A DNA stretch of 64,000 nt. Source: a virus. The notes beneath the pieces were generated by a model. It was not told the DNA's origin. It saw nothing but the letters and a program-made list of their open reading frames with translations, and did no database searches. The stretch lies in the IMG/VR virus record IMGVR_UViG_3300046028_007828, positions 12,533-76,532 of that record. One strand, given 5' to 3'. This document shows, in pieces, positions 39,754 through 50,054 of this stretch. A program made the translations under genes and the position numbers. The number at the start of each line of letters is the position of its first letter. Positions within the stretch are counted from its first letter, which is position 1.

Positions 39754-41943
39754 ATGATTATCGCCCAAACACAATCGTCTCCTGTTCTGACCAGTGCAAC
39801 CGCCACACCGTCCCGCTTCAAGATTAAAGCGAGTGCGAAGGCATTCAAAATCCTCTCTGGATTTTATTCCGAGCCGGTGCTTGCTATTCCCCGTGAGTTG
39901 GGCGCAAACGCGTGGGATAGCCACGTTAAGGCCAAAAACACGGCAACCCCGTTTCAAGTCCATGCTCCAAATACTCTTGAGCCGTGGTTCTCTGTTCGCG
40001 ATTTTGGTACCGGACTTAGTCCCGAACACATCGAGACTATTTATACCACGTATTTTGAGTCCACCAAAACTGCGGACAACGACTCCGATGGATGTATGGG
40101 ACTTGGCAGCAAGACTCCGTTCAATTACACCGACAATTTTAACGTAACTTCTTGGGTCGACGGGGTCAAGCATGTCTATAACTGCTACATTGACGAGACT
40201 GGTAGTCCGAATATCCTGCACATCATCACCGAACAATCTTCCGAGCCCAATGGGCTGGAAGTTAAGTTTGGTGTTAAGATTGCCGAAATTTCGATGTGGA
40301 TTGACAAAATTACCCGAGCTTACGAACCGTTTCGCCACCGTCCAAAAATTGTCGGCGCAAATATCGAATTTGCTCCGCGAGTTTATCTTTATGAAGGCAA
40401 GAATTGGGGGTATCGCAATACACAAGGTTATTATACTAATCGCTCGTGTAATGCATTCATGGGAAATTATTGCTATCCGGTTTCTCATCAAGCGATGCGG
40501 TCTGCCATCTATGCTGCGTCTGCCAAGGGCTACATTCCCGGCGTAGAAAACGCATTTAGTTACGGCGGGTTCGATTTCTTTTTTGACATCGGTGATATTG
40601 AAGTCGCACCAAATAAGGAACAACTTCAATATGAGGATGGTAATAGCACGGCAGAAAAGTTGCTGGAAGCAGCAACACGTGCCATCGAAGAGTTGAAGGC
40701 GCAAGTTAAACAATCCGTGGAAGTTCCGACCAGTCGATGGAATGCAATGGAATTGCACAATAAATATAATGGGTACAACAACAAGTATACAAACATCAAG
40801 AATTTTATTGGCGACATTTCAATCTCTTACAATGGCGTTACGATTGATTCACCCAACGATAATGTATCGCGGGTGCATAGCGCACTCGGCCTACTGACTG
40901 CGTCAAGTGTCCTTGCGCCTTTTCAACTTCACCTGTTGGAGAGAATCAATGGAAAATTCAAGCGGACTGGTACCTACTGTCCACACGCTGATGGGAAGGA
41001 GATTGTGATTTTTTATACGAATTCTGATTCCATTAAAAAGGCGCGAGTTCGCCACTATCTCAACACCAAGTATCCGACGGGTGCGATTCCACTCTGCTAC
41101 ACAGTTACTGATTTGTCTAACAATGCTGCTACATTTTTTGCACACCAGAAATATTTCGGTTGGAATGATGCATCCATAGTCAACATCGAAACTCTTCCAA
41201 AGCCACCCGCCACCCCTCGCCAAGCTCGTACGGCGACTACTGATGAAATCTTTTATTATTCCTTGGCCGAATTCATCAAACCGATTAAGAATCGTACTCC
41301 GCATGCATACAGGGCATCTCGCGCCGAAGCGATTGATTCGAAAAATACTTATTATTACGTCGATTTTTTGTACTCTGACGCTATGTGGAATGGTAAAAAT
41401 ATTAGTGATGTTATGACACCACTTCTTTCTGCGTTCGTGGATAATAAATTGAATGGCAAGGAAATCGCGGTTTTTGGCATCAATCGAAAGAATCTTCATC
41501 TGATGAAGGTTGGTACGTGGATTAATGTTGCCGACGAAGTTGCTAAGGTCTTGAAAAATGATAAGGCAAAATACGAAGACGAATATTATCGCGCAACGAA
41601 CACAAGCGATGCCCATAATTATTCTAGTTTGTATAACAAACTTATTCGGAGTAAGTCCGAACTCGCAAATATCGCTCGCGTTTCCACCCGGAAAATGTTA
41701 GAGGATTTTATGAGAGCATATTTGGATTCAACAAAGCTGAATCTAGTTTCGCACGAAACTATCATGTTTTATAAAATATTTGGGGTCGAGTCCAAGTCTC
41801 ACGCAAAATGTGGATTTGATTACGTAAAGTTTCAGGCCGACATTGAACAAAAATACATGGGCGTTTTTGACATTGTTTCCGACTATTCCAATGTCACACA
41901 TGGGATTGTGAAAATCATCAACTTTATCGACAAAAATTCCTAA
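39754..41943 (+). CDS. rIIA: rIIA-like protein (GHKL ATPase N-terminus)
   Basis: RELGANAWDSH, VRDFGTGLS, YFESTK, GCMGLGSKTPF. Confidence 0.9.
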   Translation: MIIAQTQSSPVLTSATATPSRFKIKASAKAFKILSGFYSEPVLAIPRELGANAWDSHVKAKNTATPFQVHAPNTLEPWFSVRDFGTGLSPEHIETIYTTYFESTKTADNDSDGCMGLGSKTPFNYTDNFNVTSWVDGVKHVYNCYIDETGSPNILHIITEQSSEPNGLEVKFGVKIAEISMWIDKITRAYEPFRHRPKIVGANIEFAPRVYLYEGKNWGYRNTQGYYTNRSCNAFMGNYCYPVSHQAMRSAIYAASAKGYIPGVENAFSYGGFDFFFDIGDIEVAPNKEQLQYEDGNSTAEKLLEAATRAIEELKAQVKQSVEVPTSRWNAMELHNKYNGYNNKYTNIKNFIGDISISYNGVTIDSPNDNVSRVHSALGLLTASSVLAPFQLHLLERINGKFKRTGTYCPHADGKEIVIFYTNSDSIKKARVRHYLNTKYPTGAIPLCYTVTDLSNNAATFFAHQKYFGWNDASIVNIETLPKPPATPRQARTATTDEIFYYSLAEFIKPIKNRTPHAYRASRAEAIDSKNTYYYVDFLYSDAMWNGKNISDVMTPLLSAFVDNKLNGKEIAVFGINRKNLHLMKVGTWINVADEVAKVLKNDKAKYEDEYYRATNTSDAHNYSSLYNKLIRSKSELANIARVSTRKMLEDFMRAYLDSTKLNLVSHETIMFYKIFGVESKSHAKCGFDYVKFQADIEQKYMGVFDIVSDYSNVTHGIVKIINFIDKNS

Positions 41944-42007
41944 AATAAGATTGACAAATAACAAAGCGACACATAATATATTCAACGTTAAGCAATAAAA
42001 ACTAAAA

Positions 42008-43054
42008 ATGAGCAACACTAAAACTAATATCCCGTACGTCATCAAGACGAATGGTTCCGTAACACTCTATCTTAAGAGCGAGTGTCTTACTGTGGCAACA
42101 GACCACCCTAATTATAGCAAGATTATCGCCGCAATCAAGGCGGGGGAGTTCGACGAGATCGAGAATCTGGTGAATGTTGCAAAGGCAGTCACCCAGTATT
42201 CTGGCAATCGCATTGCCGTCATCAACGGACAAATTTTTGTGAATGGATTTGTTGTACATAATACTCTCACCGACCGCATTTTGAAGATGATGACGGAAGG
42301 ATTTAAGTTCGACCATATGATGAAGTTTCTCGAAAACTTGATGGAAAACCCATCGGCGCGTTCGGTTAACGAAACTTATTGGTTTTTGGAGAACTATGGA
42401 TTGCCAATCACCGAGGACGGCTGTTTTCTCGCGTACAAGGCCGTGAAAAATAACTATACCGATATCTACAGCGGTAAGTTTGACAATTCTATCGGCAAGG
42501 TCGTTGCAATGCCACGAAATATGGTTGATGATAATTATGGCGTCGATTGTTCTCAAGGACTGCACGTCGGGGCGCTGGATTATGTGGTCGGATATGGTCA
42601 CTTTACCAAGGGTGAAGTGCGTGCCGCCGATGGCAATCGACTTCTGATTGTCAAGGTTAATCCTAAGAATGTTGTTTCTGTGCCGAAGTACGAAGGGCAC
42701 ACGAAGATGCGGGTATGCGAATACACCGTTGTTTCTCAAATTACCGACATTGTGAAGGAATTGGACAAGGTGGTTTACACCGCCGACGCCGTCGAGATTT
42801 CTCCCGATTACGATAATTCTGATTGTGGATGCTCGGACAACTGCGGACTTGACAATGCAGACGATTACACCGACGATTACACCGACGAGACCGAGGGCGA
42901 TGACTCCAACAGTGAATATAGTATTGGTTACAAGTTGGGGTCCGACGACATTCTGTCTGGAAAAGAATACCAGTTTTCACTTGACGGAAATGAAACGGAC
43001 GAATTCCACGACGGATATTCCGACGGATATTGCGATAACGAAGTCACCCAGTAA
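42008..43054 (+). CDS. rIIB: rIIB-like protein
   Basis: LMENPS, PITEDGCFLAYK, MPR..VDD, CSQGLHVG, KVNPKNVVSVP, KMRVCEY. Confidence 0.9.
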   Translation: MSNTKTNIPYVIKTNGSVTLYLKSECLTVATDHPNYSKIIAAIKAGEFDEIENLVNVAKAVTQYSGNRIAVINGQIFVNGFVVHNTLTDRILKMMTEGFKFDHMMKFLENLMENPSARSVNETYWFLENYGLPITEDGCFLAYKAVKNNYTDIYSGKFDNSIGKVVAMPRNMVDDNYGVDCSQGLHVGALDYVVGYGHFTKGEVRAADGNRLLIVKVNPKNVVSVPKYEGHTKMRVCEYTVVSQITDIVKELDKVVYTADAVEISPDYDNSDCGCSDNCGLDNADDYTDDYTDETEGDDSNSEYSIGYKLGSDDILSGKEYQFSLDGNETDEFHDGYSDGYCDNEVTQ

Positions 43055-43085
43055 GCAATTATAAACAATCATAAACAATAAAATT

Positions 43086-43490
43086 ATGCCAAATACAACA
43101 AATAAAACTAAGAAAACTCCCATTAACATCGAATGGCCCGAAGGACATTTCACCATTGATGAAATGTGGCAAAAAGTCGGAGGAGTTGCGGTAATCCCAG
43201 CAATTACTCTCCGGTTCCGGCTCAAGAAGGCCGAGGCCGATAACAAGTTGGTGGCCATCGGCAAGATTAAGCCGGTCATTGGCCGTCCAAAGCTGGTGTA
43301 CACCAAGGCGAACCCGTCCAAGGCAGTTCTCGATGCGGCAAAGGCCGCAGGAGTCCTCGAACTGGTCGATAAGAAGTCCACCGTCTCGGTGGGGGATGTC
43401 ACATCCGACAAGAAGAAGGCGGTGGTGCCAGCAACTGCAACGGTCGCCGCCACAGCATCGACAGTGTCCGAACATACGCCAACTGTTTAA
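43086..43490 (+). CDS. Hypothetical basic protein, possible winged-helix DNA binder
   Basis: FTIDEM...ITLRFRL...GRPKLVY. Confidence 0.55.
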   Translation: MPNTTNKTKKTPINIEWPEGHFTIDEMWQKVGGVAVIPAITLRFRLKKAEADNKLVAIGKIKPVIGRPKLVYTKANPSKAVLDAAKAAGVLELVDKKSTVSVGDVTSDKKKAVVPATATVAATASTVSEHTPTV

Positions 43491-43510
43491 AAATAACGTT
43501 ATTACAACCG

Positions 43511-43543
43511 AAAACCGCCGACAAGAAATTTGTCGGCGGTTTT
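43511..43543 (+). terminator. Intrinsic terminator
   Basis: AAAACCGCCGACAA-GAAAT-TTGTCGGCGGTTTT. Confidence 0.88.
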
Positions 43544-43555
43544 CTATTTATACGC

Positions 43556-44188
43556 ATGGACAAAATACCAGTGCAGTACAAGAAGATACCATTGAACGAG
43601 GATTTATTTTACAAATTCAATATGGGAAAAGGTCATTATGTATTATATGACTCTGGAATGGGAGACCCTGTATCTTATGGACAAATAAATAAAGTAGATG
43701 CGCCACTCGTTGCAGAGGCCGAAAAAATTAAAGTTGGAAAGCGCCGTGCGTTTTATGTTTTGGATTATGTCATGAACAACAACGATGGATGGAAACTTGA
43801 CCCAGCAAAACCAAATGAAATGCAAAAAAATCCACCACCCAATTTCATGATGGGAAAAGGCAATTTTAAAATACCAAAATTGAAAAACGATTGGAGTCTC
43901 AATGAAAAACAATTTTATTGGTTTGATATGAAAGACCGACAAGTATTATATGACTCAGATATGGGAACCCCTGTGTCGTATGGAAGCAATGAACTTGTTA
44001 AAGGTTCGATTAAAGGCATAGCAAAGGCAGTTCGAGAAGGCAAACATAGCAAATGTATAATCTGGTATTTTAAACGGGAAATGAACGGACAGTGGAAAAA
44101 ACATATTATGCCTATAACTTTGTCGTGGACACTGGATGATACAGAAAAACGAAATATAGTTAATGAAAAAAAGAATAGTCAAGTGTAA
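43556..44188 (+). CDS. Hypothetical protein with internal tandem duplication
   Basis: Two copies of LNE..FY.F.M....VLYDS.MG.PVSYG. Confidence 0.7.
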   Translation: MDKIPVQYKKIPLNEDLFYKFNMGKGHYVLYDSGMGDPVSYGQINKVDAPLVAEAEKIKVGKRRAFYVLDYVMNNNDGWKLDPAKPNEMQKNPPPNFMMGKGNFKIPKLKNDWSLNEKQFYWFDMKDRQVLYDSDMGTPVSYGSNELVKGSIKGIAKAVREGKHSKCIIWYFKREMNGQWKKHIMPITLSWTLDDTEKRNIVNEKKNSQV

Positions 44189-44224
44189 GATTTAGTTGAC
44201 TAACGCAAATAAACAAGTAATATA

Positions 44225-44434
44225 ATGTATATGATTATTGATATATTGTCTATGGTGAAGAGTTGGGACATGGGATACCAATTCTTTTTTGTTATTATAA
44301 TAGCAACATTGGCTACATTTATAGGATTGGCTATCACGGGCGTTGTGGGAGATTTTTTAAACTGTACAATACCGACATTGGCCCACGGTCGTCCCGTAGA
44401 AACCGAAGATTCTTCGGGTGAATCTGGCAAATAA
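44225..44434 (+). CDS. Small single-TM membrane protein
   Basis: FFFVIIIATLATFIGLAITGVVG; TTGACT-16-TAATAT at 44196..44223 (true start may be a downstream ATG). Confidence 0.55.
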   Translation: MYMIIDILSMVKSWDMGYQFFFVIIIATLATFIGLAITGVVGDFLNCTIPTLAHGRPVETEDSSGESGK

Positions 44435-44474
44435 TTGCCGATTAAGTAAGGCAGTTCACTAATTATAGTGGTCT

Positions 44475-45287
44475 ATGAGCATAATCCTACCATTTAATAC
44501 AAATTTCGCCGGTAATCCGGACGGGCTAATTGATGGTCAAAAGGGAACTCTATTCTACAAGAATGGTAATTTTTATAAGATAAATTATTCTGGAAGTGCG
44601 CATGATAATTGGCATACGGTTGAATTTCAAGCATACAAAACCCCGACATATTTGCGAACAGAAGCGGATGAAAAATTAGTAGAATACGACCAGTCAACAT
44701 ATCTATACATTAAAAATAGCAATCTTGGAATACTCACCGGCTGGGAATTATTGAGCAACAAGGCGGCGTTCATTCCAAAGGAAACTCCTACTCCAACCAC
44801 AACGCCGACGCCAACGGTTACTCCGACAGTTACTCCGACGGTCACAACTACAACGACGGTCACTCCGACGACTACTACCACACCAACGGTAACCCCGACG
44901 ACTACTCCGACAACTACTCCCACGGTTACTCCGACAATCACGGTTACTCCGACAATCACGGTTACTCCGACGGTAACTCACACGCCAAGAGCGTCCGCCA
45001 CACCATTTCCAACGCTCACGGCAACTAGAACTCCGACGCCGACGCCAACGGTCACTCCGACAGTTACTCCGACGGTCACTCCGACTGTATCGTATTCTCC
45101 CACACCCACCCCGACATTAACCCCGACCCCGACCGTCACGCCCACAATTACTAATACTCCCACGGTCACGCCCACACACACCGTGACGAGAACACCAACT
45201 CACACACCAACTCCAACTCCCACAGTAACGCCGACATATGGTGGACTGATGGGATATGCACCGGGCGGCTATATGATTTTTCCATAA
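44475..45287 (+). CDS. Pro/Thr-repeat (mucin-like) protein
   Basis: ~150 aa of TPT(V/I/T) repeats after a globular N-terminal region. Confidence 0.8.
   Translation: MSIILPFNTNFAGNPDGLIDGQKGTLFYKNGNFYKINYSGSAHDNWHTVEFQAYKTPTYLRTEADEKLVEYDQSTYLYIKNSNLGILTGWELLSNKAAFIPKETPTPTTTPTPTVTPTVTPTVTTTTTVTPTTTTTPTVTPTTTPTTTPTVTPTITVTPTITVTPTVTHTPRASATPFPTLTATRTPTPTPTVTPTVTPTVTPTVSYSPTPTPTLTPTPTVTPTITNTPTVTPTHTVTRTPTHTPTPTPTVTPTYGGLMGYAPGGYMIFP
44783..45236 (+). repeat. Degenerate 12-nt coding repeats (e.g. ACTCCGACGGTT) encoding TPTV
   Basis: Tandem repeats visible directly in the DNA. Confidence 0.85.
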
Positions 45288-45303
45288 ATTTTTACTAAAT
45301 GTT

Positions 45304-47742
45304 ATGATTAATCCAAAAGAAATTACATTTGTAATTCCGATATTCAACTTAAAAGAGCATAGGATAAATAATTTAAAATTTATTTTGCCGTATATTCTCA
45401 AGACCGGGTGTGAGGTAATAGTAGCGGAACAAACCGCGAATGGTACCTCAAGTATAACAAATTTGGTCGGAGAGAATTCTGGGGTTAGACATTTGATATA
45501 CAAACATCCCAGTGAGAAAATACACAAGACCGGAATAATAAACTGGGCAACTAAGAATCATGTATCTACGAAATATGTATGGGCGAACGACGCAGATTTT
45601 TACATGAAATTTAGCGAGGCTCTGAACGAATTGCCAGCGGGAGATTTCATTCAACCTTACTCAGCCGCAAAAAAATTGTTTGCCAAAGATACCGAGGAAA
45701 TCATTTCCGGAAATTACTTGACGGTTTCGTACGAGGATGTGACCGCTGAATATCTTTCATTGTATGGGGCATTATCTTTTATATTCAACCGAGATAAATT
45801 TATAGAAATCGGCGGCATGGACGAAACTTTATTTGGCTGGGCAAAAGAAGATGAGGTACTGTCAGCGAAGATTGCATCGCTTGGATATAGCGTAGAAGTG
45901 GGACAGCCGAAAGGAATTCATCTGTGGCATCCTCCGGAGATTGATTCTATTTCTATCGCAATAAAAGACGTCGCAATAATTACTTGTCATTTCAATTGGA
46001 CAAACTATGTAAATCCCGTAAGAAATTTAAATAGATTCTTGGACGAAATGGCAGCGGAAGGAATTCCTGTATATGGAGTGGAACTATCATTGACCGATAC
46101 TTTCGTAACCCGGACTAGAGAAAATTGGAAACATATCCGAGTGGATGAAACTAATGTATGCTTTCAAAAAGAGGCATGTGTAAATTTGGTGGAGAAACTT
46201 GTTCCGGAATGCTATAAAAAAATAGCGTGGATAGACTCAGATTTGCATTTCACGAATAGAAACTGGTATCAAGAAATGTCCAGAAAGTTGGACAAATACA
46301 AGCTTGTTCAATTATACGAGAGTGGAAGTGACACGGACAAATTTGGAAAGATAACTTCTACAATAAGTGGAATTGTGGCGGCGGGAGGACCAAGACTTGG
46401 ACCGAAATATTTTGGACATCCCGGAGGAGCGTGGGCCGCACAGAGAAGTTTTTGGGAGAACGGTGGACTTTATTGTCATTCATTTATGGGGGCTGGCGAC
46501 ACTCTGTTAGTAAATACTATTTATAATATTTATGACGGCAATACTGAGCCGACCGCTGGGATATATTTGGAGTGGAAAAAGAAAATCCAGCTATATGTAA
46601 ATAAACATGAAATTTCGTACGTCAAGGGCAAGTTTATTCATGAGTGGCATGGGGATAAATTTGAGAGAGGATACGGGAGTCGTAATCAAATTGTAGCAAA
46701 AATAGATATTGATAAGCACGTAGTTTTGGATTGCAATGGTATAATAAAAATTAAAGATGTACCCGGAAGTATCTACGAAGAAATATTGTTATACTTTAAT
46801 TCCAGAAAAGAGGACGGGAATTTATCCGGCAACATAAATCAATGGCAAAAAGACATGGCGGTCGTAGCTGTCCATTTTAATTGGGCAGGGTTCGAATCGC
46901 CAGTTAGGAATTTGAATAGATTTATATTAGAGATGGAGTCTGAAAATATACCACTCTATGGCGTTGAACTATCATTGACCGGAAAATTTGTCACTGAACG
47001 ATACCCAAATTGGATTAAGGTTAGGGTAAATAAAGAAAACGTTTGTTTTCAAAAAGAGGCGTGTGTAAATTTAGCCGAGAAATTCATCCCCGATAAGTAC
47101 AAAAAGATTGCGTGGATAGATCACGATATATATTTTAAAAATAGAAACTGGTATCGAGAAACATCCGATAAACTCAACTCCGCGAGAGTAGTTCAAATGT
47201 TTTCAGAAGAAATATTTACCGATAGGTTCGGCGAGGAAATATCCACAATACCTTCTCTTATGAAGATTGGTGGGCCTATGGCGGAAACGGCGGTCGGTAA
47301 ATATATAGGAACCCCCGGCGCAGCGTTGGCTGCGCAAAGAGATTTATGGCGAAATGGCGGAGGGCTATATCCATACTCTATTATGGGAGGAGGAGATACT
47401 GTATTATTGTACACAATATATAGAAATTCGAAGAACACATCCGCAACGTCAGCGTCCGGGGCAGCAAAAAAATTCAAACCCTACGAAATGTGGAAAAACT
47501 CTATCCAAGCATGGGCTCAGGAATCTTGTTCGTGTATAGAAGGAGAAATTGTGCATTCTTGGCACGGAGATAGAAAAAATAGATCATATGTTGACAGGCA
47601 CACCATATCGGCAGAAATTAACTGGGACAAATGTATTTCTATCAACAAACGTGGAATTGTTCAAATAAAAAATGTAACCGATGCAACATACTCCGCAATA
47701 CTAAATTATTTCAATGGTAGAAACGAAGACGGAAAATTATGA
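45304..47742 (+). CDS. Three-domain glycosyltransferase (GT2/GT7-like + two duplicated GT-A domains)
   Basis: ANDAD, IGGMDE.L.GWAKED, HLWH; two copies of D.A....HFNW....PVRNLNRF...CFQKEACVNL...KIAWIDxD...H.WHGD. Confidence 0.8.
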   Translation: MINPKEITFVIPIFNLKEHRINNLKFILPYILKTGCEVIVAEQTANGTSSITNLVGENSGVRHLIYKHPSEKIHKTGIINWATKNHVSTKYVWANDADFYMKFSEALNELPAGDFIQPYSAAKKLFAKDTEEIISGNYLTVSYEDVTAEYLSLYGALSFIFNRDKFIEIGGMDETLFGWAKEDEVLSAKIASLGYSVEVGQPKGIHLWHPPEIDSISIAIKDVAIITCHFNWTNYVNPVRNLNRFLDEMAAEGIPVYGVELSLTDTFVTRTRENWKHIRVDETNVCFQKEACVNLVEKLVPECYKKIAWIDSDLHFTNRNWYQEMSRKLDKYKLVQLYESGSDTDKFGKITSTISGIVAAGGPRLGPKYFGHPGGAWAAQRSFWENGGLYCHSFMGAGDTLLVNTIYNIYDGNTEPTAGIYLEWKKKIQLYVNKHEISYVKGKFIHEWHGDKFERGYGSRNQIVAKIDIDKHVVLDCNGIIKIKDVPGSIYEEILLYFNSRKEDGNLSGNINQWQKDMAVVAVHFNWAGFESPVRNLNRFILEMESENIPLYGVELSLTGKFVTERYPNWIKVRVNKENVCFQKEACVNLAEKFIPDKYKKIAWIDHDIYFKNRNWYRETSDKLNSARVVQMFSEEIFTDRFGEEISTIPSLMKIGGPMAETAVGKYIGTPGAALAAQRDLWRNGGGLYPYSIMGGGDTVLLYTIYRNSKNTSATSASGAAKKFKPYEMWKNSIQAWAQESCSCIEGEIVHSWHGDRKNRSYVDRHTISAEINWDKCISINKRGIVQIKNVTDATYSAILNYFNGRNEDGKL

Positions 47743-48233
47743 AATTAAATACACACGAACAATACATAAAACAGTTGGCCGAGACTCCTTATTTCGATGG
47801 CCGATGGCCATATTACTCGGTTGTTGGACAAGAAGCCGAAAAAATGAATCCCGGTAGCGTGTTGGAGCTTGGGGCCGCAGGATTTCCTATATTTGTCGAC
47901 GGCACGACTATGGATATACATCAAAAGTTTTCTCCTACTGTAAAACATGATGGTCGAGTGTCTCCATGGCCATTCAAGGATAAAACATTCGATTTGTTTA
48001 TTTCTTTACAAGTGTGGGAACACCTAGACAACAAACAAGGTCAAGCCTTCAACGAAGTTCGCCGAGTTGCAAAGTCGGCAATATTAAGCTTTCCGTATAA
48101 GTGGAAAACCGCCGACCCATTAGATTTTCATAACAATTTAGACGAGACTATATTTGCAAAATGGACAGGAAACTTACCGGCCAGAACAATCTTAATCGGA
48201 ACGCGAATGATATATATATTTGATACCTTGTAA
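47739..48233 (+). CDS. Class I SAM-dependent methyltransferase-like
   Basis: VLELGA, WPFKDKTFDL...VWEHL...EVRRV. Confidence 0.7.
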   Translation: MKLNTHEQYIKQLAETPYFDGRWPYYSVVGQEAEKMNPGSVLELGAAGFPIFVDGTTMDIHQKFSPTVKHDGRVSPWPFKDKTFDLFISLQVWEHLDNKQGQAFNEVRRVAKSAILSFPYKWKTADPLDFHNNLDETIFAKWTGNLPARTILIGTRMIYIFDTL

Positions 48234-48847
48234 TGAAGCACATTATAGCAACAAGATGTAGTTTTGAAGACTCGATATTATTCGATAAATATTTATCGGT
48301 GATGCGGTCCGTATACATACCATCATTATCCACACAAACTAACAAAAATTTTTCTGTGTACATAATGATACACCCCCAACATAAAGATGTAATAGAAAAC
48401 GCATTTAAAGATTCTGGTGTGCATATAATAACCTGCGTATGCGGGTCACTATTGGAGTTTTCTAAGTTGCTAATGAATACTGGTGCCGAGATTCAAACTC
48501 GACACGATTGCGACGACTGGATGGCCGACAGTTATATTGACGACATTCAGAAATGTTATTTGGAGGAATCGAAACTTTGCGATACATTTCTAATACAGGC
48601 CCAGCCAACCAAATATGAAATAAGCAGCGGACACGAATACTCAATGACTAAATACGGCCCATTTAAAACTTCTATGTTTTTGAGCCTGTGTCAAAAATTA
48701 AAAGTTCGCGGTATAATGGATTTTAAACATAATGAATACTGGAAACACGTCCCAGTTGTCAAAGATTTGCCTAGTGGACTTGTTAAATGGACGGTTCACG
48801 GGAACAATTTGACCGCCAAGATTAATCCAAACGACAAAAAAATATGA
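48233..48847 (+). CDS. GT-A glycosyltransferase-like (putative rhamnosyltransferase-like)
   Basis: PSL..QTNKNF, TRHDCDD, W..HG.N. Confidence 0.65.
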   Translation: MKHIIATRCSFEDSILFDKYLSVMRSVYIPSLSTQTNKNFSVYIMIHPQHKDVIENAFKDSGVHIITCVCGSLLEFSKLLMNTGAEIQTRHDCDDWMADSYIDDIQKCYLEESKLCDTFLIQAQPTKYEISSGHEYSMTKYGPFKTSMFLSLCQKLKVRGIMDFKHNEYWKHVPVVKDLPSGLVKWTVHGNNLTAKINPNDKKI

Positions 48848-49425
48848 AGACTGCGCACATAGTAGGAAAAGGCACCACGGCAAAGTCGATAAAAAGGGCA
48901 GATTTTCCAAACGACATTTTGGTTGGAATCAACCACGGGGCTATGTTTATAGATGAATTGGACTATATTTTCGCAAACGATGTAGAAGGGTTGGAAGGAA
49001 TGGCCGACGAAAAGTTCAACCATGTTAAAAACATAGCAATACCCGAGCATCCGCACGTACAAGGAATTCCTCGCGCCGATATAACTTATAAGCGAGTAGT
49101 TGATAAATTTCCGGGGAAACCAATAAATTTTATAATCTACAATTTGTTCACATGGAAGCCCCAGAACCCCGATTTGCCAACACCGGAGAGAGCAAATACC
49201 TCGGCTGGAATGGCAGTGGGATATTTATTAAAATATGAAAATGTGAAGCAATTTGAGTTGTATGGGATAGGAAAAGGAAATGGATATCACCAGACCGTAT
49301 TAGATATATTACCAAAAGAACAAGTAAAATTTAAGAACAATTGGGACGGGCAGCGGAAAGATGATTTGATTGAGAGTATAATAAAGGCGTGTGCCAAATA
49401 TAATGCCAAGGTAAATTTTAACTAA
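48844..49425 (+). CDS. Hypothetical, GT29/MAF-like fold candidate
   Basis: AHIVGKG...VGIN...TSAGMAV...LYGI; sits in the glyco cluster. Confidence 0.5.
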   Translation: MKTAHIVGKGTTAKSIKRADFPNDILVGINHGAMFIDELDYIFANDVEGLEGMADEKFNHVKNIAIPEHPHVQGIPRADITYKRVVDKFPGKPINFIIYNLFTWKPQNPDLPTPERANTSAGMAVGYLLKYENVKQFELYGIGKGNGYHQTVLDILPKEQVKFKNNWDGQRKDDLIESIIKACAKYNAKVNFN

Positions 49426-49427
49426 TT

Positions 49428-50054
49428 ATGATAACAATAGCATCTGTATTAAGGTCGGGTGGAGATTATAATGCTTCACATGTCGCTATTCTAGAAGCGT
49501 CCGTAAAAAAACATTTATCGGTCGAACATTCGTTCGTATGTTTATCGGATGTAGAATGTGGAGTTGAGCGAATCCCCCTCACCGACGGCTGGTCCGGTTG
49601 GTGGTCTAAATTGGAACTTTTTAAAATACCGGGACCAGTCATTTATTTTGACTTGGATACTATTATAATAAATAATTTAGATTCTATAGTAGAAAAAATG
49701 TTAGTCCCCGAATTCTGTATATTACGAGATGTTTTCATCGGGAAGAAAGACCCACACTCAATGCAATCAAGTGTGATGTCGTGGCGTGGAGATATGAGTG
49801 AGTTATATAAAACATTTCTGGAGTCTCCCGAGAAATATATTAAATTATACAAAGGAGACCAAGATTTTATATATGCACAACTTGGGAAAACCAGAGCTGC
49901 GTATTATCAAGATATATTGCCAAACAATATTATGAGTTATAAAGCACATCTCAGAGGTAAACCAATACCACCGGAAACTAAAATAGTGATATTTCACGGA
50001 TTACCCAGACCATGGCAACAAACTCAAATTCCTTATGATAATATTAAAAAATAA
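49428..50054 (+). CDS. Glycosyltransferase (GT8-like)
   Basis: GWWSKLELF, YFDLD, GDQDFI, FHGLPRPW. Confidence 0.78.
   Translation: MITIASVLRSGGDYNASHVAILEASVKKHLSVEHSFVCLSDVECGVERIPLTDGWSGWWSKLELFKIPGPVIYFDLDTIIINNLDSIVEKMLVPEFCILRDVFIGKKDPHSMQSSVMSWRGDMSELYKTFLESPEKYIKLYKGDQDFIYAQLGKTRAAYYQDILPNNIMSYKAHLRGKPIPPETKIVIFHGLPRPWQQTQIPYDNIKK

Noticed and set aside
44783-45236. CRISPR array or DGR-like repeat
   Set aside because: The repeats are in-frame degenerate codon repeats with no spacers; no cas or reverse transcriptase gene in the window
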